NCBI GenBank assembly: GCA_052034235.1 | Contig: JBPOIT010000011.1 | Span: forward strand, 37,756 to 101,755 | Source of the DNA: Candidatus Levyibacteriota bacterium | Lineage (GTDB): Bacteria; Patescibacteriota; Microgenomatia; Levybacterales; UBA12049 | DNA length: 64,000 bases | Direction of reading: 5' to 3' | Shown: positions 1-10,067 of the stretch, piece after piece | Position numbering within the stretch: position 1 is the first letter of the stretch | How the letters are laid out: every line of letters begins with the position of its first letter | The notes under the pieces: generated by a model | Database searches by the model: none | The model's input: the letters and a program-made list of their open reading frames with translations, nothing else | Told to the model about the DNA's origin: nothing | Made by a program: the position numbers and the translations under genes

Positions 1-656
1 ATTTCATCTATTGATTTTATTTGTTTGGTCCAGCTTGTAAGACTCTTAACTGTTATCGTATCTCTGGTAATTTTAATATCTCGAGGCTGCTGGTCTTGCT
101 GGCGCATGACTGAAAGTCTGACGTCTGTACCTTTTTCTCCTCTAATTTTACTAACAACCTGGTTAAGATTCCATCCTCCTATTGCCTGATCGTCAACTTT
201 TATGATCATATCTCCTGCTCTCACTCCAGCTTTTTGTGCTGGTCCGCCGTCAAGCGGCGCAACAACAATAATTTGTTTACCTTTCATACCGAGTTCTGCT
301 CCTATACCTTCAAATTGACCTGCAAGGCCCTGTTTGAAATCTTTATTTTGAGCTGGCGGCAAATAGACAGTATATGGATCATCAAGACTCGCAACCATAC
401 CGGCTATAGCGCCGTTAAGAAGTTTTTGTGGGTCAATTGCTTTTTTATCGTAATAGGTATTTTCAATTTTGTTAAGAACTGTCCAGAACATGCCAAAATC
501 AAGCTGGGTTACAGAAGGTGGCGGTTCTTTGCTTGAGATTTCAACGTGAGGCTGATAGTTTTTCCAATCAAGCGCTACTTTATTCACACCGATAAAATAG
601 CCGATAAGACCGACAATAATAAGTGAAACAATTAAACGTAATTGTGCTGGTTTCAT
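1..656 (-). CDS. S41 family carboxyl-terminal processing protease with PDZ domain (runs off window start)
   Basis: Manual translation from ATG at 656: MKPAQLRLIVSLIIVGLIGY...GAIAGMVASLDDPYTVY...FEGIGAELG...APLDGGPAQKAGVRAGD...KIRGEKGTDVRL, typical of CtpA/Prc; overlaps the upstream stop (ATGA). Confidence 0.9.
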   Translation of the reverse strand, partial: MKPAQLRLIVSLIIVGLIGYFIGVNKVALDWKNYQPHVEISSKEPPPSVTQLDFGMFWTVLNKIENTYYDKKAIDPQKLLNGAIAGMVASLDDPYTVYLPPAQNKDFKQGLAGQFEGIGAELGMKGKQIIVVAPLDGGPAQKAGVRAGDMIIKVDDQAIGGWNLNQVVSKIRGEKGTDVRLSVMRQQDQQPRDIKITRDTITVKSLTSWTKQIKSIDE

Positions 657-1417
657 ACGTGAAGAAGTATTATCGACCTCGCTTGTCCGTCCAAATAAAT
701 TTTTTTGTTCTTCCATGTTGTTAGCTGTTGCAGAGCATCCTGGTCGACTTGTATAACCGGTACGTCTGCATGTTTTTGTCTTATATATTCAATATCGCCT
801 GGTTCTATTTCAGTTCCAATAAATCCTGCTGCGCCAAGTGCGATACCTTTTGTGAGACTTTCTCTGTTTAAATTGACACCGAGAACTATTTTTCCGATTG
901 CTTTACTGTCCAGAAAAAAGAGTTGGTTCGTTGAAGTTGATCCTTCAAAAAGATAAATTTCACCTTCCCCTTTTGCGTCAGTTGCGTTCAAGCCAAGCAC
1001 GATATTTTTATCAACTGCTATGACGATTTTACCATTATCGCATAAAGTAACTATCCCATCAACCGGCGAAACGAACTCCTTTGTAAGACTTGCGTAAGAG
1101 GTCCTGATATATAAATCTCCCGTGTCTCGCTCGTATTTTACAATGGTGCCTGATATTTTACTGATGACTGATTCTTTCTGAAATCCAAAAAATCTTTTTC
1201 TTATAGCAATAACTTCACCCTGAGCAATAGCATCTCCAGGATTCTTTTTTAATACTTTTTTGACCTTGCGAAGTGATATACCTAGTTCTTTTGCTACATT
1301 GATGATTTCTTCATCGGGATTTGTATTTTGAGCAATTTTTTGCCCAGAGGTGATGACGTCATTTATTTGAACGAGAGGAGAAAAACCATCAGGGAGCAGG
1401 ATAGGCAGATTGGTCAT
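653..1417 (-). CDS. Conserved hypothetical protein (barrel-sandwich-hybrid-like repeats)
   Basis: 254-aa ORF between rpsR and ctpA; VSPVDGIV and SKISGTI resemble biotinyl/lipoyl-like half motifs. Confidence 0.6.
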   Translation of the reverse strand: MTNLPILLPDGFSPLVQINDVITSGQKIAQNTNPDEEIINVAKELGISLRKVKKVLKKNPGDAIAQGEVIAIRKRFFGFQKESVISKISGTIVKYERDTGDLYIRTSYASLTKEFVSPVDGIVTLCDNGKIVIAVDKNIVLGLNATDAKGEGEIYLFEGSTSTNQLFFLDSKAIGKIVLGVNLNRESLTKGIALGAAGFIGTEIEPGDIEYIRQKHADVPVIQVDQDALQQLTTWKNKKIYLDGQARSIILLHV

Positions 1418-1443
1418 ACGGAATGTTACACCTTTTTTTTATT

Positions 1444-1683
1444 TTATTCTCTGCCTACAAAAGGCAACAGAGCCAAATGGCGGGCATGCTTTACAGCGGA
1501 GGTTAAACGTCTCTGGTGCTTTGCACAAAGACCGTTTCTTGTACGTGCAACGATCTTGCCGCGATCAGTAACGAATTTTTGTAATGTTGCGGTTTCTGAA
1601 TACCATGGTGTTGTTTCATCTTTGCAGAAGAAACATGTCTTTGGTACTGTTATCTTTCTTTTTGGTAATCGTTTCTTTTTCAT
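1444..1683 (-). CDS. rpsR: 30S ribosomal protein S18
   Basis: CFFC...GKIVARTRNGLCAKHQRRLTSAVKHARHLALLPF; rpsF-ssb-rpsR synteny. Confidence 0.98.
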   Translation of the reverse strand: MKKKRLPKRKITVPKTCFFCKDETTPWYSETATLQKFVTDRGKIVARTRNGLCAKHQRRLTSAVKHARHLALLPFVGRE

Positions 1684-1688
1684 ATTAT

Positions 1689-2192
1689 TTAAAATGGTAT
1701 ATCATCTGGTGCTACCTCTTCGTCACTATGTGTACTTGGAGGTGGTACCTCTTCATCGCTTTTCTTTTTTTCAACAGGTTTTCTTGCTGGAGCTGCGTGT
1801 CCTTGTGAAGAACCTTCTTCAAATTCTTCTTTTGATCCGCCTGGTGCTCCTCCACCCTGTCTGTTATCAAGAAGGATCATATCATCAATAACTACTTCAG
1901 TTGTTGATTTCTGTGCTCCGTCCTGGCCTGTCCAATTTCTGGTTGAAAGTCGTCCTTCGACATAGACTTTTCTTCCTTTTGTTAAGAACTGGCTGCATAA
2001 TTCTGCTAACTTGTTCCAAGCAACAACTCTATGAAAATCAACTTCTTCGCGCTTCTCGCCTGAATCTGTTGTCCATGATCTGTTAGTTGCTAAACCAAAG
2101 GTACAAACGGCATTACCACTTGGTGTATACCGCAATTCAGGATCTCGTGTCAAATTCCCAATCAATTGTACTCTGTTTAAACTCCTGGCCAT
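1689..2192 (-). CDS. ssb: Single-stranded DNA-binding protein
   Basis: LNRVQLIGNLTRDPELRYT N-terminus; acidic DDIPF tail. Confidence 0.98.
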   Translation of the reverse strand: MARSLNRVQLIGNLTRDPELRYTPSGNAVCTFGLATNRSWTTDSGEKREEVDFHRVVAWNKLAELCSQFLTKGRKVYVEGRLSTRNWTGQDGAQKSTTEVVIDDMILLDNRQGGGAPGGSKEEFEEGSSQGHAAPARKPVEKKKSDEEVPPPSTHSDEEVAPDDIPF

Positions 2193-2195
2193 ACC

Positions 2196-2474
2196 TTATT
2201 TGGTTCTTAATAACAAATGTCTAATTATACTGTCATTTCGTAATATTTTGGTTTCGACGTCTGCTGCGACTCCTTCTTCAGATTCAAGTTGAAGCATAAG
2301 ATAATATCCTGCGTCTTCTTTCTTGATTTTGTAAGCAAGCGCTTTTTGTCCCCAATCAAATTCTTTAGCGATTTTAACCTTGCCGAGCCACTCTTTAACT
2401 GTCTCTAAAAGCTTTTTTCGGTCAGCTTCTTTCAGTGAAGGCCTCATCACTAATACCAATTCGTATTTCCTCAT
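2196..2474 (-). CDS. rpsF: 30S ribosomal protein S6
   Basis: MRKYELVLV...WGQKALAYKIKK...GYY...IIRHLL. Confidence 0.97.
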   Translation of the reverse strand: MRKYELVLVMRPSLKEADRKKLLETVKEWLGKVKIAKEFDWGQKALAYKIKKEDAGYYLMLQLESEEGVAADVETKILRNDSIIRHLLLRTK

Positions 2475-2479
2475 GCCTG

Positions 2480-5400
2480 CTATTGTACCATACGACCAAA
2501 CTTGAACTCAAGTAGGAGTTTGGGGAAGAAATAAAGTACAGCTGGCAAGAGTGATAAAACAATAAGAACAAGACCGTTTAATTTAAAAAACATATCTGGT
2601 TGCACCATAAGTAACCAGCCGCTGGTCATGAGTATACTGATCGTAATGGTTAACCCGTAAGCGAGCAAATTACTCCTGAGTACATACCTTATAAGAAGTA
2701 TACTGCCTACAACGAGCATTATTTGCTGCAGGAGAGATTTTATAATATCTTCGTTTGATTTATTCTGCGGGAGCGCTAGAAGTATTATCAATAACGCAAC
2801 AACCCCACACGTTTTCTTCCAGGTTTTAAGATATCGCTTTATAAGCAAAAGCATTGCCATAAAGAAGAAAACTCCCCCTAGAATCAAAGGCAGCTCGCCT
2901 ATTGCTGAAAGCGCAGGGAAATATGTATCAAGTTTTGGGAATGTTTCAAAGGTTGTCATTGAGGAGAGCCATTCATTGGTACTTAAAACAGCAATCAGTA
3001 CGCTTGAGAGAGCAATCACAATAAACGGTGTTGCATAACTTGCAAGAATTGCATCTTTTACATAGGTAGTTCTCTTTTCTGCTTTATCAGGTAAGATATG
3101 CCCAAATTGTTCTTTCCAAAGCGTTAAAAATGTGGCACTGACAACCGATACCACAAAGAAGCTCACCACAAAAGCCAAAATGCTGATAAGAATTGATTGG
3201 ACAATATAGGTTTGCATTGGAATTGCTGTATTGTAGTTACTATAAAAATTGGAAAGGCTATTTAAGGTAATCAGTATGTTCACAATGGTAATTAACCCAG
3301 CGATTTTGTAAGACAAACGGAAATTAAGTTTTTTCTCGCGCAAGTACGAAAAGAAGCTTTTAAAACCAAACCATGCTATAACAAGACCAAAAATGCCAAT
3401 GATTCCACCAACAAAAAAATCAAAGTTACTCGTTTCACTTTGTTGACGAATCCAGGTTTCAGGCAATTTTAAATTGCTACTAAACCCTGAAACTTTATCG
3501 CCAACAACCACCACTTCAGTTTGAAATACTGCCTCCCCTATTGCGCTTTTCTTTTCTTCGTAAACGAAAACATGATCTGTTCTCTTTTCCTTTTTATCTT
3601 GCTTACTTTCTATTAACTGATAATTTTGCATGTTAAACCCTTTTTCCATTTTCAAATACTCATTAGCAAGTTTTTGTGCTTGGGTTTGAGACAAATTGGC
3701 GCCTGCAGCTTTTTCATCAAGCGAATAAATGACTTGTTCTACTTTTCCGTCTGGCAGCACATCGACGTCGTATGATTCCTTTTGCAGCGGTTTAAAGTAC
3801 GTTACAGTCCAATATCCAAGCGGCAGTTTTTCAGAATAAACAGATTGTAATTTTTTATAATCTGCCACTTCAAGAATATATTTTTCTTCAGATGAGATAT
3901 CGTTTGGGGTAAAAGTTATGACGCTTGAATAGCCATTGGTATCCACCTGGCGTTTGATGAGAGCTTGATCGGCAATTTTTTTGACCTCTTCCCGACCGAT
4001 TGTGGTTGGCAATTCCTCAGTGGGTGCTTGCGGAAAAAATGGTAATACGCTTACCAAACTAACCAGAGACAATCCGAAGATAAGCATTTTCCGTTTTCGC
4101 GTCAGAGGTTTATAAGCAGTATCAACAACTGCGACAACGTGTGTTTGTTTTTCAAGTTTTTCAGCTTTGAGATTTTCGTTCAGGTCTTCTTTTCGCTCGG
4201 GTGCAAATCCTTTTTTTTGTATTGCCAGTAGCAGTAACCCAACTGCCACAATGAATGGTAAAAGCGAGACAAGCGTACTTGAAACACTTGCATAGAAATT
4301 GCCTGATTGATAAAAAGAAATTGCTGTTTGAAGGGCATTAAACGTGTAATGAGCAGTAAATGAAGCTAAAAATCCGTAGCGGACAAATATCCACCCGAGA
4401 ACAACCCCGATTACGCTAATCTCAATTCCGCGCACAAACCACGGCGACTGCGGATAATTACTATGCAAAAATCCCCACACGATTGCGGTGATAATAATTG
4501 CAACCCATGTGCTTTTGAACATTTTTTTCAAAAACGGTATACCAAAAAGTCTAAAAATCCCCTCTTCTGATGCTGCTGCCAAAAAGCCGATAAAAAGCGG
4601 ATACACCCACGGAAGAAGTGTGCTGTAGATATCAGAATAATTGATCGCCGCTGGCGCCCAAAACCCGACAGATTTACCTAGGAAGTAATACAACAGTTCG
4701 TAGGTAAAAAAGATAATCCCGGCAAACGTCCCGACAAACAATGCCTTATTAACTGCCTTTGTTTGGAGTGCAGTTGTATAAAGTGATTCGAGTGAAAGCT
4801 TTTGAGGAAAAACCTGTCTGAACTTTGCTTCTCCTGCAGTTATGACAAACAGCACCGATGCGCCTTCAAAAAGTCCACCCAAGACGCTTACAAGGACAAT
4901 GCTTGCAATAAAAGCTTCCCAACTCACTGTCGTTGTATAGCCAGCAAGAGAAAGCGGAATTGAATTGAGTGCTGTCAAAAGTGCGATGACTGCGGCAGCG
5001 AGTGCTATGTATCGAAGTGAGTTGATGCGAAGATTATTGTGACGATATTCTTTAAAGTACGTGATAACGATTGCAAGTCCAAAGACAAGAAGCATGAGGA
5101 CTTCAGCGACAACTTGTGCTAAATCGTTATTGGAAGTTTCATTTTCATACGCCCGTTGCCAACTTTCTGGGATTTTAAGATATTCATAATACCCTCCAAT
5201 TTTATCACCAAAGATCTGTACTTCCATCCGATACGTTGCTTCATTTGCCTGAAATCCAATTTTCTCCCAGGTAAAGATATGATCTATGCGGGATTTTTGT
5301 TCACTACTTTCACTGTTGACGAGTTTCCACTTTGTTATATCTGTTTGTATCGTTTTTGTGATGAATGCTTCGGCAGTTTTTTGCGCAGCTTCTTTATCAA

Positions 5401-5836
5401 GCGATGCTCCCGATGCATTTTCAGAAATCTCATGATAATATGCGACAAATTTGCCGCTTGGCAGATACGAAACACTTATTTCTTCCTGTTCTAGTGGTTT
5501 AAAAAACCGAGTGGTGAAATGCCAGACATCGATGTCATTTTGTGCCAGTCGCGCAGTTTCAGTCACGCCGACTTCCCGCTCGAGATACGTTTTACTCGCA
5601 TCATCAATCGTAAAAACCGTCGCCTCTTTAAAAGTATTACTAGCAATCCCCTGTTCCAACGCAAACTGCTTCGCCTTCTCAGCTGCCTGTTCCCGTGTGA
5701 TATCAAAAGATATATTATGTTCAGGAAATGCTAACGTTCTGAAGTTGATGAAGAAAAATAAACTAACTAAGGCAGCAAAAAAAAGGACACCTAAAAATAA
5801 TTTTTCCTTTGTTGAATAAAAGTTTTTTATATTCAC
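2480..5836 (-). CDS. Large CPBP (Abi/CAAX/Rce1-like) intramembrane glutamic endopeptidase with internally duplicated extracytoplasmic+TM module
   Basis: EEGIFR, WGFLH and HYTFN motifs; many TM helices; two homologous halves. Confidence 0.8.
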   Translation of the reverse strand: MNIKNFYSTKEKLFLGVLFFAALVSLFFFINFRTLAFPEHNISFDITREQAAEKAKQFALEQGIASNTFKEATVFTIDDASKTYLEREVGVTETARLAQNDIDVWHFTTRFFKPLEQEEISVSYLPSGKFVAYYHEISENASGASLDKEAAQKTAEAFITKTIQTDITKWKLVNSESSEQKSRIDHIFTWEKIGFQANEATYRMEVQIFGDKIGGYYEYLKIPESWQRAYENETSNNDLAQVVAEVLMLLVFGLAIVITYFKEYRHNNLRINSLRYIALAAAVIALLTALNSIPLSLAGYTTTVSWEAFIASIVLVSVLGGLFEGASVLFVITAGEAKFRQVFPQKLSLESLYTTALQTKAVNKALFVGTFAGIIFFTYELLYYFLGKSVGFWAPAAINYSDIYSTLLPWVYPLFIGFLAAASEEGIFRLFGIPFLKKMFKSTWVAIIITAIVWGFLHSNYPQSPWFVRGIEISVIGVVLGWIFVRYGFLASFTAHYTFNALQTAISFYQSGNFYASVSSTLVSLLPFIVAVGLLLLAIQKKGFAPERKEDLNENLKAEKLEKQTHVVAVVDTAYKPLTRKRKMLIFGLSLVSLVSVLPFFPQAPTEELPTTIGREEVKKIADQALIKRQVDTNGYSSVITFTPNDISSEEKYILEVADYKKLQSVYSEKLPLGYWTVTYFKPLQKESYDVDVLPDGKVEQVIYSLDEKAAGANLSQTQAQKLANEYLKMEKGFNMQNYQLIESKQDKKEKRTDHVFVYEEKKSAIGEAVFQTEVVVVGDKVSGFSSNLKLPETWIRQQSETSNFDFFVGGIIGIFGLVIAWFGFKSFFSYLREKKLNFRLSYKIAGLITIVNILITLNSLSNFYSNYNTAIPMQTYIVQSILISILAFVVSFFVVSVVSATFLTLWKEQFGHILPDKAEKRTTYVKDAILASYATPFIVIALSSVLIAVLSTNEWLSSMTTFETFPKLDTYFPALSAIGELPLILGGVFFFMAMLLLIKRYLKTWKKTCGVVALLIILLALPQNKSNEDIIKSLLQQIMLVVGSILLIRYVLRSNLLAYGLTITISILMTSGWLLMVQPDMFFKLNGLVLIVLSLLPAVLYFFPKLLLEFKFGRMVQ

Positions 5837-5869
5837 AGTGGGTTAAATTCGGATTGAGAGTTTTCGAAT

Positions 5870-6973
5870 TTATGTTCCTATTTTAAACTCAATAACATCC
5901 CCATCTTTGACAACATAATCCCGGCCTTCCATGCGGGCTTTGCCGAGTTCTCTGGCTTTTTTGCGGCCGCCGAGTGAGATGTAGTCTTCAAATGAGACAA
6001 CTTCTGCTTTGATGAATTTTTTGATGAAATCTGTGTGGATTGCTCCAGCTGCATGTTGTGCATCCAAATCTTTCTCAATTGTCCATGCCTTCACTTCCTT
6101 CTCCCCTGCTGTAAGGAAAGAAATAAGTCCAAGTGTGGTGTAAGCCTTTTGAATAAGTCGCTCAAGTCCTGATGCTTTCAGTCCCAAATCAGCCAAATAT
6201 TCAACAGCCTCTTCATCTGAAAGTGCAGCGAGTTCTGATTCGATCTTGGCGCAAATGACAACAAGTTTTTCTTCTGGTTGATTCAATGTCGCCGCAAATT
6301 TCTTGGTTACTTCAGCAATCCCTTCAGTGTTATATTGATCTTCTGACACATTAAGGACGATGATTTCAGGTTTTGCAGAAAGTAAGAATAAATCAGCAGT
6401 CAATTCTTTTTCTTCTTCAGTCAAAGCAATATCCCGAGCGGCAGTCCCGCTGTTCAGTCCTTTATACAATTTCTCAACCGCCACCTTTTTCTTCGCATCA
6501 GTCTTCACAGCCTTTGACTCACGGGATTTCATAACAGTCGAAAGATCAGCAATGATAAGCTCCGTCACAATGGTCTCATAATCAGATTTCGGATCCACAG
6601 CCCCCTCTTTCACAATATCTTCATCTTCAAACCCCCGCACAACATGCGCCACAATCTTCACTTCCCGAATATGAGACAAAAACTTATTGCCAAGACCCGC
6701 CCCTTCAGACGCACCCTTGACGAGCCCAGCGATATCAACAAACTCAATAATCGCAGGTTTTACAGGAGGCAAGCCACCCATCTTTTCCTCTTCTTTCGTA
6801 GCTTCTGCAAGTTGCGTAAGCCGTGCATCCGGCACAGGAACCGCCCCCACATTGGGTTCAATAGTAGCAAAAGGATAATTAGCCGCCAAAGCCTGCTGTT
6901 TCTTCAAAAGAGCATTAAACAAAGTAGATTTCCCAACATTAGGAAGCCCAACAATTCCAACAGATAGATTCAT
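5870..6973 (-). CDS. ychF: Redox-regulated ATPase YchF (OBG family)
   Basis: [48 protein letters not shown] domain; start moved to ATG 6973, 7 nt after TGGTATAAT. Confidence 0.97.
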   Translation of the reverse strand: MNLSVGIVGLPNVGKSTLFNALLKKQQALAANYPFATIEPNVGAVPVPDARLTQLAEATKEEEKMGGLPPVKPAIIEFVDIAGLVKGASEGAGLGNKFLSHIREVKIVAHVVRGFEDEDIVKEGAVDPKSDYETIVTELIIADLSTVMKSRESKAVKTDAKKKVAVEKLYKGLNSGTAARDIALTEEEKELTADLFLLSAKPEIIVLNVSEDQYNTEGIAEVTKKFAATLNQPEEKLVVICAKIESELAALSDEEAVEYLADLGLKASGLERLIQKAYTTLGLISFLTAGEKEVKAWTIEKDLDAQHAAGAIHTDFIKKFIKAEVVSFEDYISLGGRKKARELGKARMEGRDYVVKDGDVIEFKIGT

Positions 6974-7295
6974 AAAGGTCATTATACCAAGAAGCCAGAA
7001 GAAACGAAACAAAGAGAAGGTGCAAGCACACACAGACTTTATGCGACAGTAATGCTATTACATACTAAGTTTATTGTAAGAAGTTTAGAGTAGCTTATGT
7101 GTCGGGGTCATCTGGTTCTGACTTTTGGCAGACTTTCTTGAGCTAATTTTCTATCTGTCAAAATACCCATTGATGACCAAACTTTGGATTCCCCACCTCT
7201 GCAAGTATGCCACTGGTGATCTCCTCCAAGAACATCTATTTGCATCTAAAGAAGCAAATTGAGCCATGGCTGCTTTTATATATCGTTGCTAAGTA

Positions 7296-8627
7296 TCACA
7301 CTTGTGCGGCTTGATCTTTTTTTAAATTCCTTACCCTGGCTTGCTGAATTAACAGAACTCCCTCGTGAGGCACATCCGGCCTTGTTCCCTCAAATCCTTT
7401 TCCTTCCTGAAGTAATGGGAAATGTTTATTTTTCGCTAAGAATTCGAGAAGGCTGCCCCATGGGGCTTCTTTAACAGCATCTTTGCCAGTTTGACTTGTA
7501 TAGGCAATCTCTTCAGGATGAGCATGATGTTCTTTCTGCCCACCAACTTCATCCAGCGTTAACCAACTAAGTAATTTACCAGGTAATCCTGAATGAACAG
7601 TGTCTGTTGTCACTGAACCATCTTCTTCATTCAAATGGATATCATATTTTGTTCTCAGTGCAGCCTGAACTAATCTATTTTGATCAAAAACGCCTGCATG
7701 CCCCATAGAGTTTGTAACATTGCCCCCCACAAGCTCCAGACCTACACGAGCAGCATTTATTGCTGCACCAGTTATTACTGCTTCAGCGACACTCTTCCTA
7801 TCAAACTTTCTTCTCGTAAAAAGCACTGCTGCCGCAGGAATAGCAAAACCTGCAATAACATCACGAGCATGTGTACTTGTATTCTTACCATCAGGATGTT
7901 GCAAATCATCTGGTTTTCTTTCCGGATGATCAGTAAATAGTGCAGCTGCACGTTGATATAAACCGATATTTTTTAAAGCGATTCTCTTTACTCCATTTTC
8001 TCCTCCAGTCAGTACCGGAGAATGCGGATCTGTGAGAAGTATTTGTGCCATATCTTCAGTTGTCCATTCTCCTTTATGATGTTTATAATCGGGGTAAACA
8101 TAACGCGGGCTATGAGGATTTAATATTTCTCTGACTTCATCCGCAGTATAATCAGTTTTTTCCTGGTACACATCTCCTAATTTTTCTTTAATATGGTCTT
8201 TAGCTAAATTTCCTATTGTAACAACTTCATCAAGAGAAAATTCTGGTACAAAGGGGTCAAGATGAGGAAAAGCCTCGGGAACTTCTACTGTTCCGACATT
8301 TTCCGGACGCTGCGCCCACTCTATTGCTCCAGCCATTTGGAAAAAAGGAAAGAGTGAAGCGTCAGTCATTTCATGGTGGATTCTGTGAACAGATGCCCAT
8401 ATCGTTGGATCGCCAACTCCAAGTGAGCTTTGCTCTGCTTTAATAAGTGCCGAGACAACTGGATGAGGCTCCAAACTTCGGTGGGTTAAGTTTCGATGAT
8501 GCTCGATTGTAATTCCTGCAACGCCAATAAACCCTGCTGCCGCTCCTCCACCAATAATTTTCGCTGCTCTGCGCAAACCTTTATGCTTTCCATCTTCTGT
8601 GGAAGCTATTCTCTGTTCTTTTGACAT
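7296..8627 (-). CDS. Divergent membrane fatty-acid desaturase-like (delta-9 type) protein
   Basis: His boxes GITIEHHRNLTHRS, WASVHRIHH, TDPHSP, VTNSMGH, QKEHHAHP in desaturase order. Confidence 0.65.
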   Translation of the reverse strand: MSKEQRIASTEDGKHKGLRRAAKIIGGGAAAGFIGVAGITIEHHRNLTHRSLEPHPVVSALIKAEQSSLGVGDPTIWASVHRIHHEMTDASLFPFFQMAGAIEWAQRPENVGTVEVPEAFPHLDPFVPEFSLDEVVTIGNLAKDHIKEKLGDVYQEKTDYTADEVREILNPHSPRYVYPDYKHHKGEWTTEDMAQILLTDPHSPVLTGGENGVKRIALKNIGLYQRAAALFTDHPERKPDDLQHPDGKNTSTHARDVIAGFAIPAAAVLFTRRKFDRKSVAEAVITGAAINAARVGLELVGGNVTNSMGHAGVFDQNRLVQAALRTKYDIHLNEEDGSVTTDTVHSGLPGKLLSWLTLDEVGGQKEHHAHPEEIAYTSQTGKDAVKEAPWGSLLEFLAKNKHFPLLQEGKGFEGTRPDVPHEGVLLIQQARVRNLKKDQAAQV

Positions 8628-8704
8628 ATGATCATTTATTATAATGTACAAAAGAGCTTAGTCAAGCTGATAAATAAAGTATAACCACACATGCTTTGAA
8701 ATTT

Positions 8705-8758
8705 CTAGAGCTTTAGTAATTCTAAAACCTTATAAACAACAACTGCTGGCCAGAATAT
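8705..8758 (-). pseudogene. Displaced 3' fragment (IFWPAVVVYKVLELLKL*) of the small gene at 10068-10238
   Basis: Encodes the same C-terminal peptide as 10068-10121 with synonymous differences in the last codons and TAG instead of TAA. Confidence 0.85.
8715..8758. repeat. 44-bp perfect direct repeat, copy 1 (att-like)
   Basis: agtaattctaaaaccttataaacaacaactgctggccagaatat, identical to 10078-10121. Confidence 0.95.
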
Positions 8759-8820
8759 AATCGACACGCTCAGATTGGCAGATACTCAGGCTTTACCAAA
8801 TTTCCTAACATTTGTAACAG

Positions 8821-8952
8821 TTAAAGAAGCGCGTTTGAAGATTCAAGCATAACTGAAGAATCACCTACTCGATACGAAGCTTCACCATTCTTTCCGGTAA
8901 ATTCTCTTACCATCTCTACGAGTGTGCCTATTTCTACTTGCTTTTCTTGCAT
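8821..8952 (-). CDS. Small ORF (43 aa, MQEKQVEIGTLVEMVREFTG...), possibly truncated
   Basis: ATG 8 nt after TATAAT; below the ORF-track length cutoff; no family recognised. Confidence 0.35.
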   Translation of the reverse strand: MQEKQVEIGTLVEMVREFTGKNGEASYRVGDSSVMLESSNALL

Positions 8953-9092
8953 AAACTGCGATTATAACTGCATACTCATCCATAATCAAACAAAGCGCCG
9001 CTTATATTATGCTTTCGACGATTTTCTTATGACAATAGAATCAAAAAGTAGAGGTAATTGTTAATTTATATCTTATAGTATATAATCGTGAG

Positions 9093-10019
9093 ATGACCGA
9101 ACGTTCAGAGGGATTATCTCCGGCAAATGCAGAAACACAAGAATTGACACGAGAGCAATATAATTATCTTTCGAAACAAGCATATTATTTTTTTCCTTTT
9201 TTGAGGAAGTACTATGCCATCTTGAGTCGTTCTAGTGCTGAAGATGAACAGTTTCAGGCGGAAAGCATGCAGCGCATGAAGGATATCGTTTTATATTACG
9301 GTGGTGCTTTTGCACTTGGAGAATTTGCTATTGACCGGGAACAGAGTCTTATTGATAAGTTAAATGGAACCATTCAGAAAAGATATACCGAAGATGAACT
9401 CTATAATAAGTTTTTGATCGTTGGAGAAAATACGGTTGCGAAATCTGACGGAGAAACGGCTGATTATATATATGGCACTATACCATGTAGAGATTTAGTT
9501 AATATAGATCTTCCTGGAGCACCTTTTTATTCCTTAGGATTGTCAGGAGGCATTATAGAAAACAGTGGCAATCGTCGCAAAAATTCTGTCCTCAATGCTT
9601 TAACAAGTTACATCTCTGAACACCATGCAGATCAACCAGTAGCAGTTTGGGGTAATGTCGCTCGCGGATCAATAGAGGCTGCAGCAATCCATAAAAAATT
9701 TGAACAAGCAGGTATTGACTCTTCCTTTCATCTTTTTAGGGCTTCTTCAAAAGCATTTAATGATCGCGAAGCATTTTCAATTGCAGAACCGACTTCTCTT
9801 ACGAATTCATGGAACATTGCTGTTGATACTATGTCAGCAGGTGGAAATAGTGTTCCAATGATGCGATCCTTTTTACAATCCTTAGGTTCCAATCGATCAT
9901 CAGTTTATTTAACTCATGGTGGACGCTTTTGGAATAAGGAAATGCCTGTAGAATTTAAATCTCCAGAATATGAGCGCTTTGGAATGGGAATTCTTTTAGA
10001 AGCAAAACCAGTTCGGTAG
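9093..10019 (+). CDS. Hypothetical protein with degenerate type I phosphoribosyltransferase-like C-terminal domain
   Basis: VWGNVARGSIEAAAI and IAVDTMSAGGNS resemble PRTase ARGG and PRPP-binding loops; TATAAT 6 nt before ATG. Confidence 0.5.
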   Translation: MTERSEGLSPANAETQELTREQYNYLSKQAYYFFPFLRKYYAILSRSSAEDEQFQAESMQRMKDIVLYYGGAFALGEFAIDREQSLIDKLNGTIQKRYTEDELYNKFLIVGENTVAKSDGETADYIYGTIPCRDLVNIDLPGAPFYSLGLSGGIIENSGNRRKNSVLNALTSYISEHHADQPVAVWGNVARGSIEAAAIHKKFEQAGIDSSFHLFRASSKAFNDREAFSIAEPTSLTNSWNIAVDTMSAGGNSVPMMRSFLQSLGSNRSSVYLTHGGRFWNKEMPVEFKSPEYERFGMGILLEAKPVR

Positions 10020-10067
10020 TAAGCGTGTTTCAACTCGCAAATTATAAATTCTTAAAGCCTAGGAAAT

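Noticed and set aside
234-536. 100-aa + strand ORF, and the many other short ORFs overlapping longer genes (e.g. 1328-1891, 57690-58391, 39540-40052)
   Set aside because: Antisense or alternate-frame shadows of well-supported genes; the real gene at 1-656 is the minus-strand S41 protease.
7034-7295. Possible 38-45 aa minus-strand ORFs between ychF and the desaturase-like gene
   Set aside because: Two overlapping frames with no recognisable motif; cannot be distinguished from a decayed gene or chance.
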